From contig NW_002060966.1 of NCBI RefSeq assembly GCF_000150275.1, forward strand, positions 405,922-469,921: a DNA stretch of 64,000 bases. Reading direction: 5' to 3'. The stretch is from Trichoplax adhaerens. Taxonomy: Eukaryota; Animalia; Placozoa. The position numbers and the translations under genes were made by a program. The first letter of the stretch is position 1, and each line of letters begins with the position of its first letter. The notes beneath the pieces were generated by a model, which was not told the DNA's origin, did not search any database, and saw only the letters and a program-made list of their open reading frames with translations. Below are positions 24,001 through 35,880 of this stretch, one piece after another.

Positions 24001-27000
24001 AAGGGATAATGATTATCTTCATAGTAACAAGCTTTTCTAAAGTATAGTTTTCTTGCCAGAAAAGTTACTAATCATTTCTTTGAGATTTCAAACTACTCTC
24101 ATTGTGGCTACGAAATTTATCTTTGGTAGATTAAGAAGCAGATTGAGAAAGCATTTCAGCCAACATTAACTTCTGTGAATGTAAATTGGCAACAATTTGG
24201 CCAAAGTTATCAATCAAATATGCAGGTATTATTCTGCTTATAAATAGAAGATAAAAGCATTCGGTATCAAACAAAAATTTTAAAACGTAAAAACATTGCA
24301 AATTTGATCTTAGTGAGGAATTGGATTAGTTGTAATTTCAACTTGCATTTATTATCAGGCGCCAGCTGATATTGTAGCTTTATTTAATGGATCACGGCAA
24401 GTAATCTATGGATTTATTCCTAACTGCTTGCAGGTAGAATTATCGTTTGAACTATATGAACTACACTTCAGTTTGTGTATTACAAGCTTTTAGAAGAAAA
24501 TTTTTCAGTATAGTTATTTATACCTTGTAGGCAACCTTAGAGGCAGAAATAGGTGGGACACAAATTTCAACCGTCGTCTCTACTTCGGAATTAAGCAAGA
24601 CATCAGGAAAGGTAACCGCCAATCTTATACTTCTATTTTTATATTATACCTACACTTATACATCGCATCCGATTTACCACTTCTGGTAAAATATAACTGA
24701 ATTCTAATTTCAATTCTTAAATTCTTAGATCTTACACCAGTTGACAGCTCGAGCACTTATTCGCGATTATGATGAAGGTGCATACAATAATGATCGAACA
24801 AATCATGAGGTATATAATACAGTTAAAGTGTTATTAATATCGCTATAATCTATAGCATGAACTGACAATGGCAAATATGATTTGTAAAATTTATTAGGCG
24901 TTGAAGATTGATCAAAAGTCGGCTATTATTGAATTAAGTAAAGACTACTCTATTGTTAGTCCTTTTACAAGCTTTGTCGCTATTGAAGATCGAACTCAGG
25001 TATACGTACGATATCATCGTTTCTTAATACTCGTATTTCAACTCACATATATACCACTTATAGCAATCAATCTATTGCTCAAAATAAATATCAAGGAGTT
25101 AGATTACGAATCAGAGGTGTTCAATCTGGATAAACTTCTTAAAGCCGAGAACGTCGATTATCTACCTTATGTTTCGTGGAGTGGAGATTCGGTATTATAC
25201 TTTAAGTTAATTATTTTTGACTTATTAGCTGAAATATTCGGAAATAAATTTGTTTTAATATGATGTACCCTAGTCTAGAAAATGCTTGCACATACAGCTA
25301 TAGATTACTTATAGCTTCTAAATATTTCTTCTCTTGATTAAGCTGTATTGAAATTGTTTGGAGGCTTACGGTACCTCAGTCGTAACAATAAGATGTGCTA
25401 TAATTAGATAAAATTTCAATATCATCCTTGAACGAAATTTTCGTAGTTTGTAAATTTGTTACACTAGGGTGATTTAATCCTAGGTTGTTGATTTTTGTTT
25501 CTTTTAGAGTCTTGCAGAAAGCCAAGAAATGCCCTCTACTGTTTGCCCTGTAAGTACAACTAGTCTAGACTCCCGCTTAATTTAGTGGAAATTAATTTAG
25601 TAATTTACCTCAGTAAGTATCTATACTTTTATTGTTTATTTACCGTTACGTGGAAGTTATGGATCTTTACTGATGAATTTCTCGTGATTAATTACCTGCC
25701 AATAATATGATCTTCCATAACTACATGAAATGACAACATCAGCCATGAATGGAATTTACTTAAGTCATACAATTATGAAACTAGGACGATGTAATTGTAA
25801 ATTTTTGTGTTGCATACTTTCATTATTTCTTAGATTATTACAGAGACTCAAGAAGGGCTCGGTCTTGATTACGCTGTAAGTATAACTAATTAATGGTAAA
25901 TTTAGTATCGTTTGTGAACATTAATCAACGTCACTAAATATCTATGCTTATTATCAGAATCATTTGTTTTCCTTTGATTAAATGTTATGAATTCTTACTT
26001 ATGGATTTTTTACTTAATTATATGTCACACATAAGTTGGATGGGGTAGATGGGGATTATGAAATGGATACTGATAACTTTGTCCAGGAAGAAGCAGATGA
26101 AGAGAAATATTGTCCTGACTTCTTTTACGATTTTGCAATGGATTTATGCGTATCTGAATATGATGAAAATAAGCGGTCGAATTTTGTTAGTTACGACGGG
26201 TATGTTAAAATAGTGAGAATGGTGCAAGTTTTAGCATCTATTTTCTTTGTATTGTTGTAGAAGCCCAATTGCTGTATAGCACATTAGCTTCCATGCTATA
26301 GTTCCTCTGGTTCTTTTAAGTTATAGTACTGACTTTAAATGTAGCGATTACAATTGTGTAAGGGACTAGGTAGGGGATTATTATTACGCTTATGTCCTAT
26401 TCTAAAGTTTGCATTGGAGTATCAAGGAAGTTGCTGATACTTAGTGCTATATTATTTCGTTGCTTAATTCATCGATGTCATCACATCCTAATAATTAGGT
26501 AGAATCTGTAGTGTGCGTGTAAGACTGATAAGATGACATCTTTTTTAGCTTTTCCAATACTTTATACATTTTCAGCTTATATCGGGATATTATCAGCTAT
26601 GTACAACGTTGATTTTATTAATATTCATCTGATGTCAATAAATTTTTTTGCTATCTACAGTAATGCCGAAGAACGAGAGTATATAAGTACTGCAGAAGAA
26701 CTTTGTAAATTTAATGAGCCCGCATGTTTGGACCTTATGGATTCGAACAGTCTGGAAATGTATGTATGCTGCATTTAGTCCGTTGAATGGCACTATTAAT
26801 AATTGCTATGATTCGCTGCTTTACAGTAAAAATGTTTCGTGTACTTTATCGGCTATCTCTATATAAATTCGGTCTTCTAATTTGTATAGAGTTGGCTCGC
26901 AAAGTACAGTAAACATGAAAATTTTAATTTAGTGTGCAGTGATAGAATTAATCAACATTGCTGGAGTTGTATATCAAGCTGTTTAATAATATTTATGTTA

Positions 27001-30000
27001 CTTACAATTAAATTCAATAACTGATTAGACTCTAGCAAAAAGAATAATAAATTAGTGACAGGTTTACGGCATATACTATTGGATTCAAATGTGTAACTTA
27101 GAGTTGACCAGATATACCTTAGCAGGAGTAGATTTCGAGATTTCGATATAAGAATTATGGTGATCTATGTATGATTTCGTATTAGAATTGCTGGACAATT
27201 TATTAAAACATAATCTAGAGTACATAATATCTTTTGCTTCATCTTACAATTATACGTATAAGTATCGGAATATAAGAAAGAACCTTCAGTTGACTACTTT
27301 CCTTCATTTTAAAGCAGTCAATTTCTCTACAAAACTGTTTACTGCATATGGTTAACCACTGTTTTAGAATATGATTCCGTAGTTAATCCAAATCACTGAA
27401 GTAAATGCAATATCTCGACATAATTTTCAACTTTATTAGATTTGATATATCATAGGTAGCTTAGATTATAATGTTTGAAATGGCGGCATATAATAAATGT
27501 AATTAGTTGTCAGTTAGTACCTAGCCTTTTAACATGGTAATTATAGTAAATTGATATGAAGATAGAATTGTCTGTGTAATTTCACATCGGAGCAGTTGAT
27601 ATCCTATCAATGCTGTGTAATGATGACTTTAATTTCATTACTTTCAATTCTGATTTATCTTCTAATTTCTAAATTCATTAGTGCAATTGCATTAGTATTA
27701 TATATAGCACCGTTTATGTTTATGTCTCACTAGCATGCTCATCTGCTAATATTCTGTTTAGAATCGTTTAGCAATCAAGTTTTAAGATCGGATAATTTTT
27801 CATTTTAATTCAAAAATACGAAGGCTAGTTTGCTATGTTACACGGCCTTGAGGTTTAGTTCTGTTAAATAAGCAGTTCTATGAATCCATTAGTCCAAATG
27901 GCGTGTTGCCATGCAAATTGCATTATAGCTATTACTGCGTAACAGCGTACACCGAAATTTTTTAATTAAGTAAATCATCTAATTTCCATTTAATTATTTA
28001 GTGGGTCTAAGGCAATGTCCATGTCGTCTGATAATTGTAATGAAGACTTTTCGGTTACGGCAAAACTGCCCCATAGGCGACGAGAACTACGTAAGTTTCA
28101 CATTACGCGCAATGTATGTATCTATAACTTACTGCCACTTATTCTTCCTTGAATGGTTACTTGGTAAAGTTTTCGGGATACATTTATCTGAGACATCAAC
28201 AGAGCTGTTTAGAGTTACTCTATATTTTATGTTGACATACCTTATAGCTATGCTCATTAGAGCCTAAATATTATTTTTGCATTAAATTTCTTGCTCTGTA
28301 ACATGAATCTTTAAAGAAATCGGCTATACTAAATGAATCAATTTTTAAACCCTAGGCACTTAACATTTGCAGACGTCTTTTTGAATAGAATCTGTTATAG
28401 TTATATAATTCATTTTTCTTACATTTTCTAGGTGGTAAAGAACTACTGGCCGACAAAGGTATTAATTTGATGGCCAATTCGTTTACTGGATTATAATGGA
28501 ATAATTTGGGATAGCGAGACAAATTAATAGCTTATTGTAGTAAAGTTGCGCTCATAGATATAAATTACCGAATGATACGTTACCATATCTCTCTACAAGT
28601 ACATTTATTAAAGCGAAATTATTTCTGTGTTAATGCTAGCATAAGCTAAATAATTATTGAATCTCTCAGCTGTAAATTATTGCTCTGTTATATCCTGGAT
28701 AATCATTCATTAGATTCTAGGCCGCACGGATCTTCCAAGATTGGTACAGCTTACTGACTATCAGATGACATCATATTTATTTCTATATAAATTTAAGGCA
28801 TTTTAAAGATTTAGAAGTAGCTTTTATTTTCCTTTATTTGAAACTACCACATCTACCTATTGAATTTAGAAGCTGAAAAGTATTTACCCAAGTTTGCTAG
28901 CCTATCTTCGAAAATGCTTAAATCCAGTAAGAGACTAGGCTTTTGTTGATTTTATTCATTGTTTGATTGTCGAGCCAATGCTAACAATTATTCGTGTTAT
29001 TTTGTATAATTTTTACCGCCAGTAGAAGATTCAAAGCCAACTGAAGGTAGTTACTACAAAATGTATTGATTAAACAATGCGCGAAAAGTATTTTTGTTTT
29101 AATCTAGTTTAATAGCAAGAGTTTTTTGGACTTTAAATCCGAAAAGCTCTGACAGAACTTTCTCTTGGAAATTTCTTGCTGAGGATTTCTACTATTACAA
29201 TTTAGTTTCCATAGCAGTATTATTCTGTATTTGTAAAGTAACTTTAGTTATTGGATTTTTAAATAAAAAATTTCACTGAAAGCTTTGCAATTCAATTAGT
29301 AAATAGACACATTCTTATAAAACTTAAGATAGACTTGATATAGTAAAGGACAATCAATTCTTTACTAATTTTTCATTTAATAGATTCTAAGAAGCGAAGA
29401 CGTCGTAAAGTAATGGATCAGTCATCAGGTATTCTGTTATTGACAATTGCTGTAATGCGATGCTCATAGAATAGGTATATGTGCAGGGTAATTCGGAATT
29501 TTTGCTAGTAAATTCGTGAAACATTTTACTAGAGTTATTGATCAATACTTTCTTTTGGATTTCAAATAGCAGCAAGTCTTACTATGCCACTTATAACTTT
29601 CGTTTATATAGCAGTGCTAGTCTCAGTATCATATTGTTATAATTAACAATAGTAATATGGTGGATAATTATTTTGAGTAAAATGATTGCATGATAGATAT
29701 AAGCATTATAAGTGTTGCGATATTCCATTCTGCCATCGGCTTGATAGATTCTGTAGCATCTAAAAGTCTTTTTGGAGGCACTGAGTCTGCTGGTTACTGT
29801 TTCGGTGCCGATACTCTCAACGAAGGTAATTAAAACCGAATTAGGAAAGTATAACTTTATCATTTCTGTAATTTAATTTAATAACACTATTTCTAGAGCT
29901 AATAGAGTATGAATTCTATTAAGCGCTAAAATAGTGAACTCCCACCAACTACAACAGATTTTTATTACTTCATGGACTCTCTGTGCGGTCGATATGATGT

Positions 30001-33000
30001 CAGTCATATACGGCAATTGCGATTTGACATTTTACAATTGGATTAATAGATTCTACGATATTTAAAGGTCTTCTGAGAAGTGCTCAGCCTTCTGGCTTAA
30101 GCTTTGGAGGACGTGCTGCCGGATCAGGTAATTGTAGCCGAATTAAATGCTACATAGTTGTAATGCCGATGAGATAAAGAAATAGCCCTTTAGTTGCATC
30201 GATTTTTTAATGAATTTTTTTTCCCTTTGACACCTATCAGATCGATAGCTGATTTATGATGTTCGATGCAACATAATAATTGTGATCTTCATTTCATAAT
30301 TAAATTGTTACGTTTTACAGCATATGAAAGTCTTCCTGAAAGAACTGAGTCATTTGGTTTTAGTTCTGGTTCGGGTATTTTCATCAAAGGTATTTATATC
30401 TGAACTTGAAAACGTTAAATGTGTTGCTTTCAGTTTGTTGTGACGGTATCATTTCTGTGATTAATTAATTTCCGGTGTCACTAAATCGTGAAGACATTAC
30501 TACACATGACATATAGTAATCACATACTAATCACAACAGTTTTGTATGGCGAATATTATTTTACGCCTTTGATGGCTATCATTTTATGTATTCCTCATTC
30601 TACGTAGTTCAGAATTCTATTCTTGTTAGAATTGTATATCGTAGCTAAAAATTAAAAGCTAGTACACTAAATTTGGCGATATACCAAAAGTACCAATTTG
30701 CAGACTTATTTTATAAATAGCGATTCATTTAGCTCAGCAAATTATTCTATTTTATATCCCCAAATTTCCTTACTTTGATGGCTTTGATAGTGATATCGTA
30801 AAGCATTACTCTTGAAGGTTACTGAATAATTTTATGACTGCATTTCCAATTTGTAGCAACCAATCTCGCTAAACCATTAACAGCTTCCGATGATAGCGGT
30901 ATCAATATTATTATTACTGTACTAGAAATAGGATTTACAGTAACTAAATGATAGATGAATCTACTTTGTGTATTGGTTTCCTTTTTGATGCATTAAAGCA
31001 ATTAATCATATACATCGTAATTGGTATCATGCTGCAGGTCCCGCAGTGCCAAACATTCTTAAAAAACGTGGTTGGCGCCCCGACTTTGCTACTGGTGCTG
31101 CCAATTTAGGTAATAGCATCCAGGATTCGACGGCTTCAAATTCTTTGAAAATTTTTGTTGCTATAACACTATTCGCAAGATAAATTTACTATAAGTTCGA
31201 TTTCTATAAGGTAGGATAAAATATAATACGTCGTATGTAAGGCCAATTTTACCTTTTAGTGATGCCAAGACAAATTCATTGCCAATTTCGTTTCACCTCT
31301 TTGATAGAAATCACTTTTTGTAGTTCGTATTCTAAGTACAGTACTTAGAATCTTGAATTGTATATACGATATTTAGTATACAATTGCAGGACAGTAAAGG
31401 CTACTTCCGTAAATTAGCTATGAACTTAAATCTATAGGATAGTTCTCTTAGTAACATATCATCGCTGTCATGAAATCATTCTCTGCTATGTATGTCCCTC
31501 AATATATCTTTACTTGCTTGTAAAGTATTGCAATCCCTTTTGAATTAGTCTGCCTAAATTTTTTTACTTAGGCATAATTTAAAACACTACACACGAACTA
31601 GCCGTAGTTGTGAACTTACGCTCTCTAATTGTACTAACTATAAGATAGTAATAGACATAGTACTACAAAGAGGGATTTAACAATCATAAATGTCACTTTT
31701 ATGATTCCTTGCCTCCTTTGCGCCAACGGAGTAAAGTGTTTAGTTGCGTTCACTCGTTCGGATTGCAAAATTAGTTTCCAATAATAAACAATTTTTAGCC
31801 TAATGTTAGCGAAAACCGAAACTGTAATTAATGCAAAGTTTTTAAGCTATTATCTTGAAGTTATAAAATGCTTAATAGCTGCAGCACCATTGGAACACTC
31901 AGAGTATCCGCTTCTACCGCCGTCTCTACCATACAACAGATTGCTAACTTCTGACGATCAAGGCAAGTTAATTTATGTTACTATTTAAGAAATTGATCAA
32001 CTATTAATTCAATTACGCTAGCAAGTTATGACCCATTTAGTGAATTAAATAAGATGTTTAAAAATTGATGCTATAAACGTATGACTTAGATGATAATTGT
32101 CATGCATGAGTATTTGGAAGAGGATTCACCTGCAGCACTCTCTATTTATACTTATAATGTATTTTCACGTCTCATTTATTATATCGAAGTGCAATATTAA
32201 ACAGTATCTATATCTATATTCATATCGATGACAGATAGAAACCGATGTACTCAGCAATTCTCAAAATAAAGTATATTATATATGATATTGTAATTAATGA
32301 TGCACCCAGTATTGTGTTACTAGTTATTTGAAATTAGTAGTGGCACGTGCAACTTACAAGTATTATAGCCTGAGGTATTAGTAAATGGCTATTAAAGTGA
32401 ACCGTAGTTAAACTAGTCACTAACGTTGTTCGAATCATTTGCGTGATAATCAATTAGTGTCAATGAATTCATCAGTGCTCCCTTCCCATTAATAGTTATC
32501 ATAAATAGATTTTCTAATATCAATAAATATTGTATCTATTTTCTCCTTGCTCATTGATCGTTTGTAATGAATGCTATTCGTAGTAGGTGTGAAGAAAAAG
32601 ATGCTTTCTCCAAAGTCAATATCGATGTTTGCTAAGTCTCAGCAAAATAGTACCGCTTTTCCTGTAGAGAAAGAAGTACTTCGTGATAGTCGCCGCAGTG
32701 ATGACGTAAATATCGGAAGTGAGCTTTATTCTGCATCAACCGTTTTTCTACCCCTTCCCCCCGCTACCGCAGCTTTGAATCGAACAAGAGGTCAAAAAAG
32801 CACAGCATTTAGGCGTAGTAGAGGTATGGTAGTTACTAAAATAAAATTTTGTATCATATATATGTACGTATTTACATTTAAAAGATTTAGAACATTCAAT
32901 AATCGTGTTGTGTACGTTAACTGAACTTGCAGAATAAATATTATAAATAAGAACGTATCTTTAAAAATTATTCATTTTCAATAAAGCATCAGTTGTAATA

Positions 33001-34468
33001 GAAGCTCAAATTTACAGGCATCAAATTAAAAGAAATAATTTTTTATATAGGAAGGAATTTGCAACTTGCTAGCATATTTTTATTAGTCAGAAGGAGCATT
33101 TAACGTTCTGATTTAATTGTTTTTTAGTTTTAGCGAAAGCGCTAATCGATGAAGTTGACGGTCAAGATAAACCTCCGACGGCGCTACATTTTGGTAGTAT
33201 CGGTACGATCCCCTCTTTTAATTGTATCGTTTATCATAGATTAAAGTAAACCGTATTATGTTTGTATTACAGATCAAATGGATGAATTCAGCCCATCGCA
33301 AGGTTTACTTCAAAAATACTTGTGTCAATAATTTTACGCGTGTATCTGTAAGATTTTAAATTATTCTTTATTGTGAATTTACTATTGATCTTAAAATTTA
33401 GAAGCACACTTTGTGGGTGACTATTCACCTACATCACCATCAGGTATGAAGATAATATAGTTATTAATTAAATCTTAGTTGCTAGTTATACGCTGTTACA
33501 AAATTGGTATTGTTTTTGTTTATGTAAATCATTAAACTTTTGAAGCCGAAGGCAAGTGGACAATTGATTTACCAAAGTCACCGGAGCCCAATTACGAACA
33601 GGTTTCAGAACATAATCTAGAAGCTATGTGCAATATTAACAGTTTAGGTTGATGTAGGAGGTTTTTATTCAATTTTTTGCTTAAGAATAAATTATTACGG
33701 AGTGAAAACATAAAACAGTCAATTAGTTTATGTCCGTACTTAATAATTGGATCTAAGTCACTTATTGCCTATGTGTAATGTTTTAATCAATCGCTAAATC
33801 TATGTCATGATGAATCATTGGTTTAAATAATGAACTACAATCAGATCAAGAATCTACAGTCTAAGGTATGTACGTATGCTATGTTAAGGGTTATGGTGAT
33901 AAGTTAGTCTATAGTTTTACGATCAAGGTAAATCGGCTGGCTACCGTCATTTTATAGGAAGGATATTGGGATTTAACGGATGAAATTGCTGATGTTATCA
34001 ACACAACAAAGGATTATCTACGATCAGTTCTTCAGAGTTGTGGCATTCAATCATTTGGTATAGTACAACGAGTATCGCTAATGCTGGAGTATACTTTGTT
34101 GCATCTGTACTTATATTAATTCTTCTATCGCAATATTTATATGCCTATTAAAATTTGAGTATAGAACTCTGACACTCTATATGGTCGACTACTTCAATGA
34201 TATAATCGTTGTTTTCGTTTATGTAATATCGATGTTTTATATGTGCATTGTATTATTAGGTCTAGCGGCATATAATGACATTGTTCGCATGGTTATAACC
34301 ATGCTTATTATAGTCATGTTCAAGGACATATCTACGCTGACTGAAAGTGTCCATCGAGGTAAGAAATGGTTTACAGGCATGGACAAGAGATATCCATCGC
34401 TACTCTATCGAATGGAATTGGGTCAAAATTGGGAAAGTGCAAAATTGAAACTAATTGGTAAAGCTTAA
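15087..34468 (+). CDS. PARP4: Vault poly(ADP-ribose) polymerase-like protein (PARP4/VPARP), copy A, about 55 exons
   Basis: BRCT exons 15087-15215 (MGIFTNSIFTLQL.., like human MGIFANCIFCLKV) and 17158-17356; then 18028-18088, 18782-18857, 18940-19245, 19523-19998. Catalytic exons 20114-20228 (LFHAS), 20390-20418, 20517-20615 (GLLLPK..GNLGSGIYFADS), 20694-20778 (CEVALG), 20857-20955 (PPSGYDSVHG), 21028-21071 (NNEYVIY). VIT about 21338-22251 (PLTDVH, IEAKYVFPLD, VCGFEAFINNKHIVG, FTVSVGNLP). vWA from 22936 (LDMSNSMK, ISDGH). IIELSKDYSIVSPFTSFVAIEDR; VDYLPYVSW. MVP-binding C-terminus 33546-33601, 33845-33865, 33958-34057, 34260-34468 (LQSKEGYWDL, GIQSFG, YPSLLYRMELGQNWESA). Confidence 0.93.
15900..16750. 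repeat. Degenerate tandem array (about 280-bp period) in PARP4-A intron 1
   Basis: tagaagc.agtatttt...aaaagcacaa...acgaatt...gacgatatga..attaa.gctcgatg at about 16171 and 16448; partial copies at about 15960 and 16731. Confidence 0.65.
28432..33443 (+). other. Run of about 15 symmetric phase 1-1 (micro)exons encoding the PARP4-A low-complexity linker
   Basis: AG/GT-bounded, stop-free, lengths multiples of 3: 28432-28458, 28714-28743, 28870-28926, 29023(29026)-29046, 29384-29428, 29748-29825, 30050-30127, 30321-30389, 30857-30898, 31038-31109, 31879-31962 (GC donor), 32587-32823, 33134-33202, 33273-33302, 33402-33443. Confidence 0.7.
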
Positions 34469-35309
34469 CATGCTCTAGCAACAGTACCGTCGTGTACAAT
34501 GCATAATTCAAGTAGATCGTGTGACCAGAATACTACATCTTGTGTACTGTTTATCGCGGCCGATATCAGGTTTTTAACCGTTTAATCGATTCAAAATTTA
34601 AAAATTGCTATCGCTGCACATTTATCGAATAAGTATTTAATCGTTGTAATAGTCAATATGTCATACAAATATGCTGAGTAAAATATAACAGATACAATGT
34701 GTAGATGATTTACTATCGATCGACGTAAGCACCATTAATCGTATCAAGGAATTACTTGTAATAATGTGATTTAGTAATTATAACGACTGGTGTTCATTCT
34801 AGACTATTTTATTTTCTATTAACTCTCCTAAGGGTAAATGTTAACTTATGATTTGGAAACTGAAGTTGTGAATTTCATATTGTAATGAATACGTATGTAA
34901 AACTGATTTTCATTAGCTACTTAAACGATATATTTCAAGTTTATAAAATTTAAGTTATGGTTATAAATTAAAGAGACGAAAAGTAAGAATTTGACTCAAG
35001 CGTAACTCTTTATAATTAATTTTATTCAATGTAACAATGAAAATACTCATAAAGCTACTTATTTTTAGTTATTTATCACTAACTTGATAATCAATTCTTT
35101 GTGATACCGTGTTAAGATATTGTATTGTTACTTTATCTAATTTTTAAAATTTTACCTTGAGTTTTAATGAAGTTAGATAAGAACAAACCCTGTACGTTTA
35201 TTCTATGATTAAAACTGGGAATATTGTACTAGATAAATATAGTCCTTGTAAATATCACTAACGAATGGCAGAGTGCTACATCTTATCCTGTAAACAATAA
35301 GGTTCGTTC

Positions 35310-35880
35310 TCTACCTTCTACTGTATATATACTGTGGAAAGATGTCGATTTGGAAGTATAACTGTTATACCGGCTGAATATACGCCCATCGCGGAGCACT
35401 CTCACGCCATTGACTTGATGAATTGGAAATAGATTGGTATCGAGTAATCGCCTTGTAATTGAAGAATTTAAGCCTATATTCATTTTGATCGTATTTTCTG
35501 CTGGAATAGGAATCTTTTCAAATTGCACCTTTACATAATAAATAACTTATTAGCTTACTTCTAAGAAGAAACAAAAAATACATCGATTAATGGCCGATCA
35601 TCGTAGTACCTTCCCCAAATTAAAAATCAGAGGTAATAATATAATCGTCACCCGGAAGTGAAAAATCTTCTAATTAAAGCAGTGTATACCCTATATGGAT
35701 GTAGGGGTACAATCATTAATTTACATTCTTATTTCAACTTTGAGATTTACAACGTTATCATTTTCTATCAAATCTTCTAATATTGGGTTCTCGAGTTTAT
35801 GTTTCCGTGTAGAAATGACCCATGAATATTTTCATCATTTACGGCATTAAGTTAAAGCACTAGCTGAAGTAAGAATGGAT
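35310..35880 (+). pseudogene. Decayed PARP4 5' fragment (promoter, exon 1, start of intron 1), closest to copy B
   Basis: 35506-35632 reads ATA(lost ATG)-GIFSNCTFT**...KKKQKIHRLMADHRST versus copy B MGIFSNYTFALQ...KKKQEIRRLITNHDGT. The flanks also match 54595-55190 (cac..acgccat.gactt; tcacccggaagtgaaa; tatcatttt..atca). Confidence 0.85.

Noticed and set aside
26889-32270. Additional candidate linker exons at about 26889, 27367, 31661, 32090 and 32235
   Set aside because: Splice phases do not fit the neighbouring exons or they contain stops; they cannot be supported without transcript data.
17173-34468. ORF-track entries inside PARP4-A as separate small genes (e.g. 17688, 20546, 21828, 27167, 28001, 29387, 29591)
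   Set aside because: They are exon fragments with intron read-through, wrong-frame translations of exons, or chance intronic ORFs.
35283-35528. 81-aa minus-strand ORF
   Set aside because: Non-ATG start and no recognisable motif; it overlaps the plus-strand PARP4 promoter/exon-1 relic, which explains the sequence better.
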